Origin: Candidatus Electronema halotolerans
GTDB lineage: Bacteria; Desulfobacterota; Desulfobulbia; Desulfobulbales; Desulfobulbaceae
NCBI GenBank assembly: GCA_942493095.1
Contig: OW818675.1
Span: 780,001-812,000 of the forward strand
DNA length: 32,000 nucleotides
Direction: 5' to 3'
Part shown: positions 17,749 through 26,809 of the stretch, piece by piece
Layout: each line of letters begins with the position of its first letter
Numbering within the stretch: position 1 is the first letter of the stretch
Position numbers and translations under genes: made by a program
The notes under the pieces: generated by a model
Told to the model about the DNA's origin: nothing
Databases searched by the model: none
The model's input: only the letters and a program-made list of their open reading frames with translations

Positions 17749-19176
17749 TCATCCTGCCACAGCCAAAATACCGCTGCTGACGGACGGCAGAATGCCTGCC
17801 AGCAGCATAGCCGCTGTGAGCAGGAAAAGGCTGATGGCCTGCACATTGTCCAATGCCAGCGGTTTGACCTCAGCCTGTGGCTGAATAATGTAGGCCTCTT
17901 TCACCAGCAGCAGGTAGTAATAGAGAGAAATGGTCGAATTGAGGGCGGCAAAGATCACCATCGCATAATAGCCTTCCTTGGCAGCAGCGGCAAAGAGGAA
18001 GAACTTGCCCATGAAGCCTGCCAGCGGCGGAATCCCGGCCAGCGAAAAGGCGGTCAGCATGAGAATTGCGGCCAGCCCTGGGTTGTTTCGGCCCAAGCCT
18101 TGCAGACCACTGCGCTGCTCCTCGCCATCCCGGCCAATGGCGGACATGATGAAGAAAATGGCATAGTTGGCTGCCGCATAGACAAAAAGATAAAAGATGA
18201 TGGAGGAGCGGGCATTGCCTGCGTCGCCGGTCAGGGCCATGATGATGTAGCCAGCCTGGGCGATGGACGAATAGGCCATGAAGCGGCGCAGCCGTTCCTG
18301 CTTCATCGCGCCAAGGTTGCCGACCGTCATGGTGGCGGCAGCCAGAATCAGGATGACTGACTGGAGCGAGCTGTGCAGGGCGGCCAGCGGCTCGTAGAGC
18401 AGGATGAGGAGAAAGGCGATTGCCACCGCCTTGGAAGACACGGAAATAAAGGCTGTGACCGGGCTGGGTGCGCCTTCATAGACATCCGGTGCCCAAGTAT
18501 GAAAGGGGAAGACGGTCAGCTTGAAGCCAACTGCGGCTAAAATAAAGAGCACACCCAAGCGGAGCAGCGGCTCTCCCGGATTGGCGGCGCAGGCTTTGGC
18601 CACTGCCGCAAAGGTGACGGAACCTGCTGCGCCATAGATAAAGGAGAGGCCAAAAAGCATCAGGCCGGTGGAAATCGACCCCATCATCATGTACTTGGTC
18701 GAGGCTTCAACCGACAAGTCGTCATCCTTGTAAAAGCCGCTGAGAATGTAGAGTGGAATCGCGGACAGCTCCATGCCGACAAACAGCGTCAGCAAATCAG
18801 TAGCCGAAACCACGGTGAACATGCCAAAGGTGCAGAGCAGGATGATGAACAGGAACTCGCTCTGATGCTTCATCGTTCCCCGCTGGTTGCCGCCGGGCAT
18901 GAAGTAAGGCCGGGAAAGCAGGACGGTGAAGAGCGCGGACAGGACAAAGACCTGCTTAAAGAGCAGCGATGCGCCTGTGACCTGATAGCCGCCCGGATAG
19001 AGTGCGGTCTGGTTGTACGGCAGACAGGCCAGCACAATGAAAATCACAGTTAGCCCCAGCCAAGCTATATGAAAGGGCGCGGACGAAGTCAGGTTGACCT
19101 TGCCCTTGTACAGATCATGGCCCAGAATCAGGGCGGCCAGCAGGACGAGGAGAATATCCGGGAGAAGGAGCTTCAT
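17749..19176 (-). CDS. nuoN: NADH-quinone oxidoreductase subunit N
   Basis: 475 aa membrane protein; LLTLFVGMELSAIPLYILSGF, EASTKYMMMGSISTGLMLFG, FHTWAPDVYEGAPSPVTAFISVSSKAVAIA, RFMAYSSIAQAGYI. Confidence 0.95.
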   Translation of the reverse strand: MKLLLPDILLVLLAALILGHDLYKGKVNLTSSAPFHIAWLGLTVIFIVLACLPYNQTALYPGGYQVTGASLLFKQVFVLSALFTVLLSRPYFMPGGNQRGTMKHQSEFLFIILLCTFGMFTVVSATDLLTLFVGMELSAIPLYILSGFYKDDDLSVEASTKYMMMGSISTGLMLFGLSFIYGAAGSVTFAAVAKACAANPGEPLLRLGVLFILAAVGFKLTVFPFHTWAPDVYEGAPSPVTAFISVSSKAVAIAFLLILLYEPLAALHSSLQSVILILAAATMTVGNLGAMKQERLRRFMAYSSIAQAGYIIMALTGDAGNARSSIIFYLFVYAAANYAIFFIMSAIGRDGEEQRSGLQGLGRNNPGLAAILMLTAFSLAGIPPLAGFMGKFFLFAAAAKEGYYAMVIFAALNSTISLYYYLLLVKEAYIIQPQAEVKPLALDNVQAISLFLLTAAMLLAGILPSVSSGILAVAG

Positions 19177-19179
19177 GGC

Positions 19180-20691
19180 TTAACGCATCAGGTTGTTGTA
19201 AATGGGATGCACTGCCTCGTTGACCAGATTGATAATCCAGCCGGGCAGCATGCCCATGCCGAAGAGACAGAAGAGCAGAATGGTCACTGGGATTTTCTCC
19301 AAGGGCGAGGCATCGGTCAAGGTCGCAAAGCGTTCAATGACCGGCCCGCCGACAAAACCGTTGACCGCCCGCAGGATATAGACTGCTGTCACTACAATGG
19401 AGAGCACCGCCAAGACTGTGCAAATCCGGTACAGCGGGGCGGAATTGGCAAAGGCTCCGACAAAGACGTTGGCCTCGGCGACAAAGCCGGACAGACCCGG
19501 CAGCCCCAGTCCTGCCAGACCGACAATCACGTAGGCTGTGGAGAGAAAGGGCATAATTTTCATCAGGCCACCCATCTCGCTCACTGTCCGGGTATGGGTT
19601 CTGCCGTAGATCATGCCGATCAGACAGAAGAAGAGGGCGGTCATCAAGCCATGCGAAATCATCTGCAAGACTCCGCCCTTAATGCCGGTAAAGGTCATGG
19701 CTGTGAAGCCGAAGAGGACCATGCCGCAGTGCGAGACCGAAGAATAGGCGGTGATGTATTTCAGGTCGGTCTGCTTGATTGCGCCCAACGCGCCGTAGAG
19801 GACATTGATGGTGACTAAAACCAAGAAAAAGGACATCCACATATTGGCCCCTTCCGGCAGCAGATACATGCCGACCCGCAGGCAGCCGTAGCCGCCCAGC
19901 TTCATCAGCACTCCGGCATGCAGCATGGAAACCGCTGTTGGCGCGGAAGCGTGGCCGTCCGGCGACCACGTATGGAAGGGATAGAGCGCGCCCAGCACAC
20001 CGAAGCCGACAAAGATGAGCGGGAAGACCCAGTGCTGGAATTCCGGCGAAAAATGATGCTGAGAAAGCTGCTGGAGGTCAAAGGTGTTGAGGCCGGATTC
20101 AAAGTAGAGGGCGAGAATGCCTGCGAGAATGAAGGCCGAGCCTGCGACCAGCATCAGGGTCAGCTTCATGGCTGAATATTCCTTCTTGCCCGTTCCCCAG
20201 AGACCGATCAGCAGGTACATGGGCAGCACCGCAATCTCGTAGAAAACAAAGAAGGTGAAGAGGTCGATGGAAACAAACACGCCATAGACCCCGGCCACCA
20301 GCACGTTGAGGAGAACAAAGAACTCCTTGGCCTGCTTCTCCACACCCCAGCTTGCCAGCACGCCGCAGAAGATGACAATGGCTGTGAGGAGCATCATCAG
20401 CACGGAGATGGCATCCACACCGATATTGTACTCAATGTGCAGCATCTGGAGCCACGGCACTGTGGCGGTGAATTGAAACTGACTGAGCCGTGCGCCGTCT
20501 GCCACAGGATGAGCTGCGGACACGCCGATGAACTGGAAAGTCAGGCTGATCACCAGCAGCAGGTTAAGCGCATTCCCGGTCAAGGAGATTATCTTGATGC
20601 GCCGGTGGTCGTCGCGGTCAACCGGCAGCAGGGCCAGCGCGGTGATGAAGGGGACTGCCCAGATCATGGTCAGCAGAAATGATCCGTTCAT
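19180..20691 (-). CDS. nuoM: NADH-quinone oxidoreductase subunit M
   Basis: 503 aa; FFVFYEIAVLPMYLLIGLWG, FHTWSPDGHASAPTAVSMLHAGVLMKLGGYG, LKYITAYSSVSHCGMVLFG. Confidence 0.95.
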   Translation of the reverse strand: MNGSFLLTMIWAVPFITALALLPVDRDDHRRIKIISLTGNALNLLLVISLTFQFIGVSAAHPVADGARLSQFQFTATVPWLQMLHIEYNIGVDAISVLMMLLTAIVIFCGVLASWGVEKQAKEFFVLLNVLVAGVYGVFVSIDLFTFFVFYEIAVLPMYLLIGLWGTGKKEYSAMKLTLMLVAGSAFILAGILALYFESGLNTFDLQQLSQHHFSPEFQHWVFPLIFVGFGVLGALYPFHTWSPDGHASAPTAVSMLHAGVLMKLGGYGCLRVGMYLLPEGANMWMSFFLVLVTINVLYGALGAIKQTDLKYITAYSSVSHCGMVLFGFTAMTFTGIKGGVLQMISHGLMTALFFCLIGMIYGRTHTRTVSEMGGLMKIMPFLSTAYVIVGLAGLGLPGLSGFVAEANVFVGAFANSAPLYRICTVLAVLSIVVTAVYILRAVNGFVGGPVIERFATLTDASPLEKIPVTILLFCLFGMGMLPGWIINLVNEAVHPIYNNLMR

Positions 20692-20764
20692 AATAGGAAT
20701 GCTCCGTTGCGGGATTTGCCGGTGGGGCTGGAGATAGTCATGCGATATCTTTTAAATTGCATTT

Positions 20765-21154
20765 TCAAGCAGTTCTGTGTCCGATCTTTTCTTGCAGCCA
20801 TGAGACCAACTCCTCATGACTTGTCCTGCCAGAAGCGAGGTCTATCATCAATTTTTCCTGTTCATCAACAGTTGCGAATATATCCATGCCGTTCTGCACA
20901 AGAAAAATTTCCATTGCGGCGTGGCTGACACGTTTGTTTCCGTCTATAAATGGGTGATTTTTGACCAATGAAAAGCAGAGAATTGCCGCCTTTTCAATTA
21001 TAGATGGATAAAGTTCTGTTTCTCCAAAAGTCTGCCTTGGCAAGGCAAGTGCTGATTCCAAACCGCCTTGATTTCTGATGCCTTGCCTGCCGCCGCTTTC
21101 TTTGAGTATGCGATCATGAAGATAGAGAATTTCGCTGAGGCTCAAATAACGCAT
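20765..21154 (-). CDS. doc: Doc-type Fic-fold toxin
   Basis: 129 aa; Fic/Doc motif HPFIDGNKRVSHAAMEIFL; N-term LSEILYLHDRILKESGGRQGIRNQGGLESAL. Confidence 0.9.
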   Translation of the reverse strand: MRYLSLSEILYLHDRILKESGGRQGIRNQGGLESALALPRQTFGETELYPSIIEKAAILCFSLVKNHPFIDGNKRVSHAAMEIFLVQNGMDIFATVDEQEKLMIDLASGRTSHEELVSWLQEKIGHRTA

Positions 21155-21348
21155 CAGCTTAGTCGGTTATACAGTTCTTTATTCTTGTTCAGTACATAGT
21201 TTGCTGCTGCAAGAAATTCTTCGTCGCGTGTATTCAAGAGATCAGCAATGGCTACCAGAATAAGCTGTTTTGGCAGCAGGCCAAGTTTTTTTGCTTTTTC
21301 TTGCAGCTTTGCAAATTGCGACTCGTTGAGTTCTATTGAGAGTTCCAT
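21154..21348 (-). CDS. Small antitoxin partner of Doc
   Basis: 64 aa MELSIELNESQFAKLQEKAKKLGLLPKQLILVAIADLLNTRDEEFLAAANYVLNKNKELYNRLS; overlaps the doc start by one base. Confidence 0.78.
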   Translation of the reverse strand: MELSIELNESQFAKLQEKAKKLGLLPKQLILVAIADLLNTRDEEFLAAANYVLNKNKELYNRLS

Positions 21349-21562
21349 ATAAAGCCGCTTCAGTTAAAATTGGATCAACTATAGCAGTTACGAGTTGGAC
21401 AGTTACCAAATATCCTTGCCTTGTCAAAAGTTTTATCTATTTAAATTCAACTTATTACGTGCTTATCGGCATGTTGAACTGATCGCCATTTCGCGTGTAA
21501 CCGCTATACATGAAAATTGACAAGTATTGCACGCGATACCCGTAGGATACCAGTCAGGTCTC

Positions 21563-22645
21563 TCATCTTGCCCAGTTATAACGATCCGGGTCTCTTCTGA
21601 GAAGATCATCTCGCATAGCTTTTTTCTGAGATTTTGCTAATCGCTGGTAAATGGTTCTCAGCTCAGAATCAACATAATCTTGACTATACCCTCGTTCGAT
21701 AGCTTTTTCATACCAAGAATGCCCTAAACCGTGTTGTCCCGTTTCTATATACACTGCACCAAGCAGAGTACATGGTCGGAAATCTTGAGGCGTGTACTCG
21801 TGAGCTTGCTTTCCAAGACCTAATGCTTGATCCCACTTTCCCAAATCTCGCTTAACTCCTCCATGAGTTGTGCAAATTGCTGATTTTAATTTTTTATTTT
21901 TTATATTAAGAACATCAATTATTTTTAATATCTTTTCCGCTGTTCTTGATTCATCAAATTTCCGATAGTGACTGCTTGCATTAACCGCAAACCACGGATC
22001 TTTATTTTTTTCAAATTCCTTGTGATAAAATTTTGCCTCGTTTTCATGATATTTTCTTTTCAATTCTTCAGTGAAGTAATTTTCACCATTCTCATCTTCA
22101 GATTCGTAAAGCCAAACAACCTGTTCATCGGAAAGACGTTTTCCATTATCAACATGACGCAAAAATTCCATGAGTTTTGCAAAATCATCTTGTTCGATAT
22201 AACGAGTTAATCCATACTGCTCCCTTAATTTCGACAATCTTTCTCTTGCTTTGTTTCTTGGATCATTCTTCAGTTTGGCAAAGAGAGCCTTTTCGTTTGA
22301 TTTTTGTTTAGCAAACAATGCCGCTTGTTTAGCAACTAACGCATCTCGTTCCAATTTTTGCCTAACTTTTTCTATTGCAGCTACTTCTGCCGCCGCTTTA
22401 ACTCGTGCAGATTTTTCTATTTCTGCAATTTTCACAAAATCAACATAGGATGCTTCGCCTCTTGCATAGCTCAATAACGCAAAGAAACCTTTTTCTTGCA
22501 AGAATTTCTGCGTTATATCAAAAAGTTTACCTTTTGACTCCAATTCTTGGAGTATATTAAAAAAACGACCTCCTGGAATAGATGCGCTTCTTATATCTTC
22601 TATTTTGTATTTGATCGCTAAATCGCTGTATCTAACAAACGTCAT
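21563..22645 (-). CDS. Unknown protein: charged coiled-coil-like middle and TPR-like C-terminus
   Basis: Likely start at M22 of the track ORF (21563..22708): MTFVRYSDLAIKYKIEDIRSASIPGGR; C-term FRPCTLLGAVYIETGQHGLGHSWYEKAIERGYSQDYVDSELRTIYQRL. Confidence 0.7.
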   Translation of the reverse strand: MTFVRYSDLAIKYKIEDIRSASIPGGRFFNILQELESKGKLFDITQKFLQEKGFFALLSYARGEASYVDFVKIAEIEKSARVKAAAEVAAIEKVRQKLERDALVAKQAALFAKQKSNEKALFAKLKNDPRNKARERLSKLREQYGLTRYIEQDDFAKLMEFLRHVDNGKRLSDEQVVWLYESEDENGENYFTEELKRKYHENEAKFYHKEFEKNKDPWFAVNASSHYRKFDESRTAEKILKIIDVLNIKNKKLKSAICTTHGGVKRDLGKWDQALGLGKQAHEYTPQDFRPCTLLGAVYIETGQHGLGHSWYEKAIERGYSQDYVDSELRTIYQRLAKSQKKAMRDDLLRRDPDRYNWAR

Positions 22646-22682
22646 CTTTATGATAAACCAAATTGTAATTGATATGAATCCA

Positions 22683-23096
22683 CTATTCCAGCTTTGCCAC
22701 AACCTCAAACAGACAGTTCAAGACATTGAACATTTTCTGCAAATTATCAGCAGCAGAGATGGAAACTGGATCAACGGTGAAAAGATTCTGCTCCAGCTTG
22801 CCAAATTCCCACGTTTTCTCTGTCGTGACCACAGCGTAGCAAGTCGTTGCACCTGACAACGAAGAAGCCACCATTTCTGCCAAAGCCTGCGCCCATCCTT
22901 GAGCAAAATCGATTCGTTCGCATATTGTTGTTTCATTCACAAAACTCAGGCTGTCGCTGATATTTTCGGCAATCATAACGAACAGACATTCTGACACATC
23001 CATTTCCTTTTGCGCGATGAAACTTGTCCGTTCACCAACCGCAATATCAAATGTTCTGGCAACCTCCTCAATGGTTTTGAATGTGCCATAAGCCAT
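22683..23096 (-). CDS. Unknown protein (137 aa)
   Basis: MAYGTFKTIEEVARTFDIAVGERTSFIAQKEMDVSECLFVMIAEN...; good coding character, co-directional with neighbours. Confidence 0.65.
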   Translation of the reverse strand: MAYGTFKTIEEVARTFDIAVGERTSFIAQKEMDVSECLFVMIAENISDSLSFVNETTICERIDFAQGWAQALAEMVASSLSGATTCYAVVTTEKTWEFGKLEQNLFTVDPVSISAADNLQKMFNVLNCLFEVVAKLE

Positions 23097-23108
23097 GTGA
23101 ATGCACCG

Positions 23109-23564
23109 TCAATCCTGCATTTCTTTGCTGCACGGCAGTTTGCCCTCATGCGAATAACAGGAAGTCTGTCCCTTCTCATCCACAATCCAGACCTCAACCG
23201 CTCCCTTTGCCAGATAGAGCTGCACTTTTTCTTCAATCTCGCCCGCTGAATTGGACGGCGAAGTGATTTCGACGCAGATTTCAGGAGCTTTTCTGTACGG
23301 TGTGCTGTATCCGTATTGCTCAATAAAAGCATCTGAAGCCCATGCGACATCAGCAACTTTCACGCCATCGCTGGTCTGAATAGAGCATTCCATGATAATC
23401 TTGCCGTTCCCTTTAGCTATATCAATCCGGCGGCCCACTTCATATTGCAGGCGGCCATGATTGTTGCTCGCCGGACTCATGAGGATTTTTCCCCATTTGT
23501 TCAGCTCGATTTTGAACGGCAGATTTTGCAGCAAAGGATTGCTGATGACGCTGGCCCATTCCAT
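23109..23564 (-). CDS. Uma2-family PD-(D/E)XK-like endonuclease
   Basis: 151 aa; MSPASNNHGRLQYEVGRRI, VKVADVAWAS, KAPEICVEITSPSNSAGEIEEKVQLYLAKGAVEVWIVDEKGQ. Confidence 0.85.
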   Translation of the reverse strand: MEWASVISNPLLQNLPFKIELNKWGKILMSPASNNHGRLQYEVGRRIDIAKGNGKIIMECSIQTSDGVKVADVAWASDAFIEQYGYSTPYRKAPEICVEITSPSNSAGEIEEKVQLYLAKGAVEVWIVDEKGQTSCYSHEGKLPCSKEMQD

Positions 23565-23570
23565 CGTTGA

Positions 23571-25493
23571 TTATCGTCCCATGAACAGCAAAGCAATCAA
23601 ACCTACCACGGTCGCGCCAAGATAGAGATGCAGCTCACCGTTCTGCACCAAACGCACGCCTTTGCCGCCAAGATGCAGGAGCCAGCCGCAGAGATTCATC
23701 ACACCATCAACCACATTGCGGTCAAACCATTTGATCGACGCGGCAATGCCGTTGAAAATGATCTTGTGGGTGATGAAGAGATACAGTTCGTCAATGTAGA
23801 ACTTGTTCTGCACCACCGTATGCAAGGGGCCAAATGCCTTTTGCAAGGCCGCAGCTTTTTCTGTCTTTCCCTCGCCGTAGAGCAGCCACGCGCCGCCAAT
23901 GCCAATTGCTGCGACCAGCGTTGCCAGCCAAGGCAGCCAGCCCGGATGGGCAAAATGGCTGACCTCGCTCAGATGCGGCGGCAGGACTTGCTCAACAAAG
24001 GTATGCTCCAGCAGGCCCGCCAAAATCGTCGGCACAGTCAGGGCAATGATCGGCCACGTCATCCACGGGTCTTCATGAACATGATGGAGCTGCGAGCGGG
24101 CCTCGCCGTGGAAGATCAGGAAAAAGAAGCGGAACATATAAAAGGCGGTCAAGCCGCCGGTGATCAGGCCGACCAAAAAAGTGATCCAATGACCAGACTG
24201 CAACGAGGCCAGCAGAATCATGTCCTTGGACCAAAAGCCGCTGAAAGGAAATACGCCACCAATGGCAAGACAGGCAGCTAAAAGCGACCAGTAAGTGCGC
24301 GGCATCTGCCGTTTCAGGCCGCCCATTTGGAGAATATCGTTGCTGTGGACAACGTGAATCACCACGCCTGCGCCAAGGAATAACATGCACTTGAAAAAGG
24401 CATGCGTGAAGACATGATACATGGAAGCGGAAAAGCCGAGCAGATTGACCTCCGCGCCATGATGCCCACCCTCAGCGCAGACCTTGGCCGCACCGAGGGA
24501 GAAAATCATATAACCGAGCTGGGACAAGGTGGAAAAGGCGAGGATGCGCTTGATGTCCATCTGGGTGATGGCGATGACCGCAGCAAACAGGGCCGTGAAC
24601 GCGCCGATGCACTGGATGACAAAGAGAGTGCTTTCTGCGGCGGCAAAGAGCGGGAACATCCGGGCGGTCAAATACACACCGGCCACCACCATTGTCGCCG
24701 AATGAATGATCGAGGAAACCGGAGTCGGTCCTTCCATTGCGTCCGGCAGCCAGACATGGAGCGGGAACATGGCCGACTTGCCCCAGCCGCCACAGAAAAT
24801 CAGCAGGGTGGCAAGGGTGAGCACGCCAGCCTTGTTGAGCAGCAGGGCAGTTTCCGGGCTGTTAAGCGTTTGGAAGCTGAAGCTCTGGCTGTAAAAACTG
24901 ACGATGAGAATGCCGAGCAGGAAAAAGGCATCAGCAAAGCGGGTGACGATGAAGGCTTTTTTCGAGGCGGCCACGGCAGAGGGTTTTTCATACCAGAAGC
25001 CGATCAGCGCATAGGACGACACACCGACTAATTCCCAGAAAACAAACATCTGGAGGATATTGCCGGAAGTGACCAAGCCCAGCATTGAGAAGGAAAACAG
25101 GGCCAGCAGGGCGAAGAAGCGGTTGAAGGAACGGTCGCCCTTCATGTAGCCAACTGAATAAATGTTCACCAGCAGTGAGATCACCGTGACCACAACCAGC
25201 ATCATCACCGAAATCGGGTCTAAATACATGCCCAAGTTGGCGGTCAGACCGGGGGCAAAATTGAGCCACGCGGCATCGTAGGCCAGCAGGGTGCGTTCCG
25301 GCAGATGCGGCAGGCGGCTCAAATAGGCGAGCGTGGTCAGCAGGGCATAGCCCAACGACAGGCTCGACATGGTGATGGCGAACTTGGCGACAAAGCGGTT
25401 GTCCGAGTTCAGATGCCCCAGCCCGATGATGGCAAAGCTGAAGAGCGGAAAGAGCAGAATCAGGTAGCTGTGGAAAAAGATGAAATCAGCCAT
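23571..25493 (-). CDS. nuoL: NADH-quinone oxidoreductase subunit L
   Basis: Track ORF runs to 25658, but the true start is probably MADFIFFHSYLILLFPLF at 25493; FVFWELVGVSSYALIGFWYEKPSA, FPLHVWLPDAMEGPTPVSSIIHSATMVVAGVYLTAR. Confidence 0.94.
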   Translation of the reverse strand: MADFIFFHSYLILLFPLFSFAIIGLGHLNSDNRFVAKFAITMSSLSLGYALLTTLAYLSRLPHLPERTLLAYDAAWLNFAPGLTANLGMYLDPISVMMLVVVTVISLLVNIYSVGYMKGDRSFNRFFALLALFSFSMLGLVTSGNILQMFVFWELVGVSSYALIGFWYEKPSAVAASKKAFIVTRFADAFFLLGILIVSFYSQSFSFQTLNSPETALLLNKAGVLTLATLLIFCGGWGKSAMFPLHVWLPDAMEGPTPVSSIIHSATMVVAGVYLTARMFPLFAAAESTLFVIQCIGAFTALFAAVIAITQMDIKRILAFSTLSQLGYMIFSLGAAKVCAEGGHHGAEVNLLGFSASMYHVFTHAFFKCMLFLGAGVVIHVVHSNDILQMGGLKRQMPRTYWSLLAACLAIGGVFPFSGFWSKDMILLASLQSGHWITFLVGLITGGLTAFYMFRFFFLIFHGEARSQLHHVHEDPWMTWPIIALTVPTILAGLLEHTFVEQVLPPHLSEVSHFAHPGWLPWLATLVAAIGIGGAWLLYGEGKTEKAAALQKAFGPLHTVVQNKFYIDELYLFITHKIIFNGIAASIKWFDRNVVDGVMNLCGWLLHLGGKGVRLVQNGELHLYLGATVVGLIALLFMGR

Positions 25494-25791
25494 GAAGTTC
25501 CTCCAGCCGGTACACATCCAGCCGTTTTTTGCGGCGGTACATGGAGATGATGATGGCCAAGGCCACGGCGATCTCGCAAGCCGAGACAGCCATGACAAAG
25601 ACCGGGAAGACCGCTCCGGCAACCGGATCCGCAGCCCGGAAATGGGCAAAGGCGGCAAAGTTGATGTTGGCTCCGTTGAGAATGATCTCCACCGAGAGCA
25701 GGATGCCGAGCAGGTTGCGTCTTGTCAACATGCCGAAGATGCCGATGGCGCAGAGAATCAGCGACAGGGCGATGCAATGGGAAAGGGTCAT
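25486..25791 (-). CDS. nuoK: NADH-quinone oxidoreductase subunit K
   Basis: 101 aa; GMLTRRNLLGILLSVEIILNGANINFAAF, VMAVSACEIAVALAIIISMYR. Confidence 0.94.
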   Translation of the reverse strand: MTLSHCIALSLILCAIGIFGMLTRRNLLGILLSVEIILNGANINFAAFAHFRAADPVAGAVFPVFVMAVSACEIAVALAIIISMYRRKKRLDVYRLEELHG

Positions 25792-26315
25792 TGTTTATCC
25801 TCCTTTTTCGGTTCCCGCCGGGACAGCACCACGGCCCCGATCAGGGAGGCCAGCAGCAGGAGCGAAATCACCTCAAAGGGGACTATGAAGCCGTTGTTGG
25901 TTGAGAGCAGACGAATGCCGATCTGGTCAATGGTCACTGGCGCGGCCCGATGCGTTTCTGTCAGCAGCGGCGAGGGATTGCGCTTGAAGAAGAGAAACAG
26001 GGCGGAGAGCAGGCCGACGACGATCAGCACCTTGCTGGCTTGCCGACCGAGCGTGACCCGGCTCAGGCTGTCATCCACGCCAAGGTCGTTGGTCAGGAGG
26101 ATGATGATCAGCATGAAGATGACAATGCCGCCGACATACAGGGCGATCTGCGCCAGAGCCAAGAACTCCATTTGCAGCATGATGTACAGGGCGGCAGTGG
26201 CAAAGAAAGAGCCGACCAGCGCAATGGCACCATGCAGGAGATTTGGCAGACTCACTGCCAGCAGCGACAGAATCACCATTGCTGCTGCCAGAATATAAAA
26301 GAGGAAATCGCTCAT
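25788..26315 (-). CDS. nuoJ: NADH-quinone oxidoreductase subunit J
   Basis: Likely start at the internal Met (MSDFLFYILAAAMVILSLLAV) at 26315, overlapping the nuoI stop; ALAQIALYVGGIVIFMLIIILL. Confidence 0.92.
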   Translation of the reverse strand: MSDFLFYILAAAMVILSLLAVSLPNLLHGAIALVGSFFATAALYIMLQMEFLALAQIALYVGGIVIFMLIIILLTNDLGVDDSLSRVTLGRQASKVLIVVGLLSALFLFFKRNPSPLLTETHRAAPVTIDQIGIRLLSTNNGFIVPFEVISLLLLASLIGAVVLSRREPKKEDKQ

Positions 26316-26809
26316 CAGCAGGCTCCCGGAGTTGTGTTTTCCGTTTTGTTGAGCACCCAAGTCAGTTCGTTGCGGTCATACACTGCCAGCTCAAAATCTT
26401 TTGCCAGCTCAATCGCGCCAAAGGGACAGGCTTCAACGCAGAGGCCGCAGAAGGTGCATTGCGAGAGTCGGTAGATGTATTTTCCCAGCACCTTTTTTCC
26501 GGCAAGGTCTTTGGTCGGCAGGACGGAAATAGTGCCGTTGGGGCAAGATTTCTCGCAGATGCCGCAGGCCGTGCAGGCGTTATTGCCGTTTTCATCATGC
26601 GGCATGTGCAGATGGCCCCGAAAGCGGTCAAACATTTGCAGCGTGTCCCGGTTTTCCGGGTACTGCTGGGTGATGACCGTCTTGGGATTGGCAAAATACT
26701 TGATGGTGATGTCCATCCCCTGCATCAGGGTGTACAAGCCAGTGATCGTCTTATGCACGTAACGGCTGACGAACTCCAGCACGTTTTCTTTCTGGGCGAT
26801 TTCTTTCAT
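26315..26809 (-). CDS. nuoI: NADH-quinone oxidoreductase subunit I (2x[4Fe-4S])
   Basis: 164 aa; CTACGICEKSCPNGTISV and CTFCGLCVEACPFGAI. Confidence 0.93.
   Translation of the reverse strand: MKEIAQKENVLEFVSRYVHKTITGLYTLMQGMDITIKYFANPKTVITQQYPENRDTLQMFDRFRGHLHMPHDENGNNACTACGICEKSCPNGTISVLPTKDLAGKKVLGKYIYRLSQCTFCGLCVEACPFGAIELAKDFELAVYDRNELTWVLNKTENTTPGAC

Noticed and set aside
17449-18360. 303-aa plus-strand ORF
   Set aside because: Spans the start of Met-rich gene B, an intergenic region and antisense nuoN; no family motif
22973-23356. 127-aa minus ORF overlapping Uma2 and the 137-aa gene
   Set aside because: Alternative frame bridging two better-supported genes; Arg/Leu/Ser-rich shadow composition
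25494-25658. 55-aa N-terminal extension of nuoL (MPPLPISGLRIRLPERSSRS...)
   Set aside because: Antibiotic-like Arg/Ser/Pro composition out of frame over nuoK; NuoL homology begins at MADFIFFHSYLILLF
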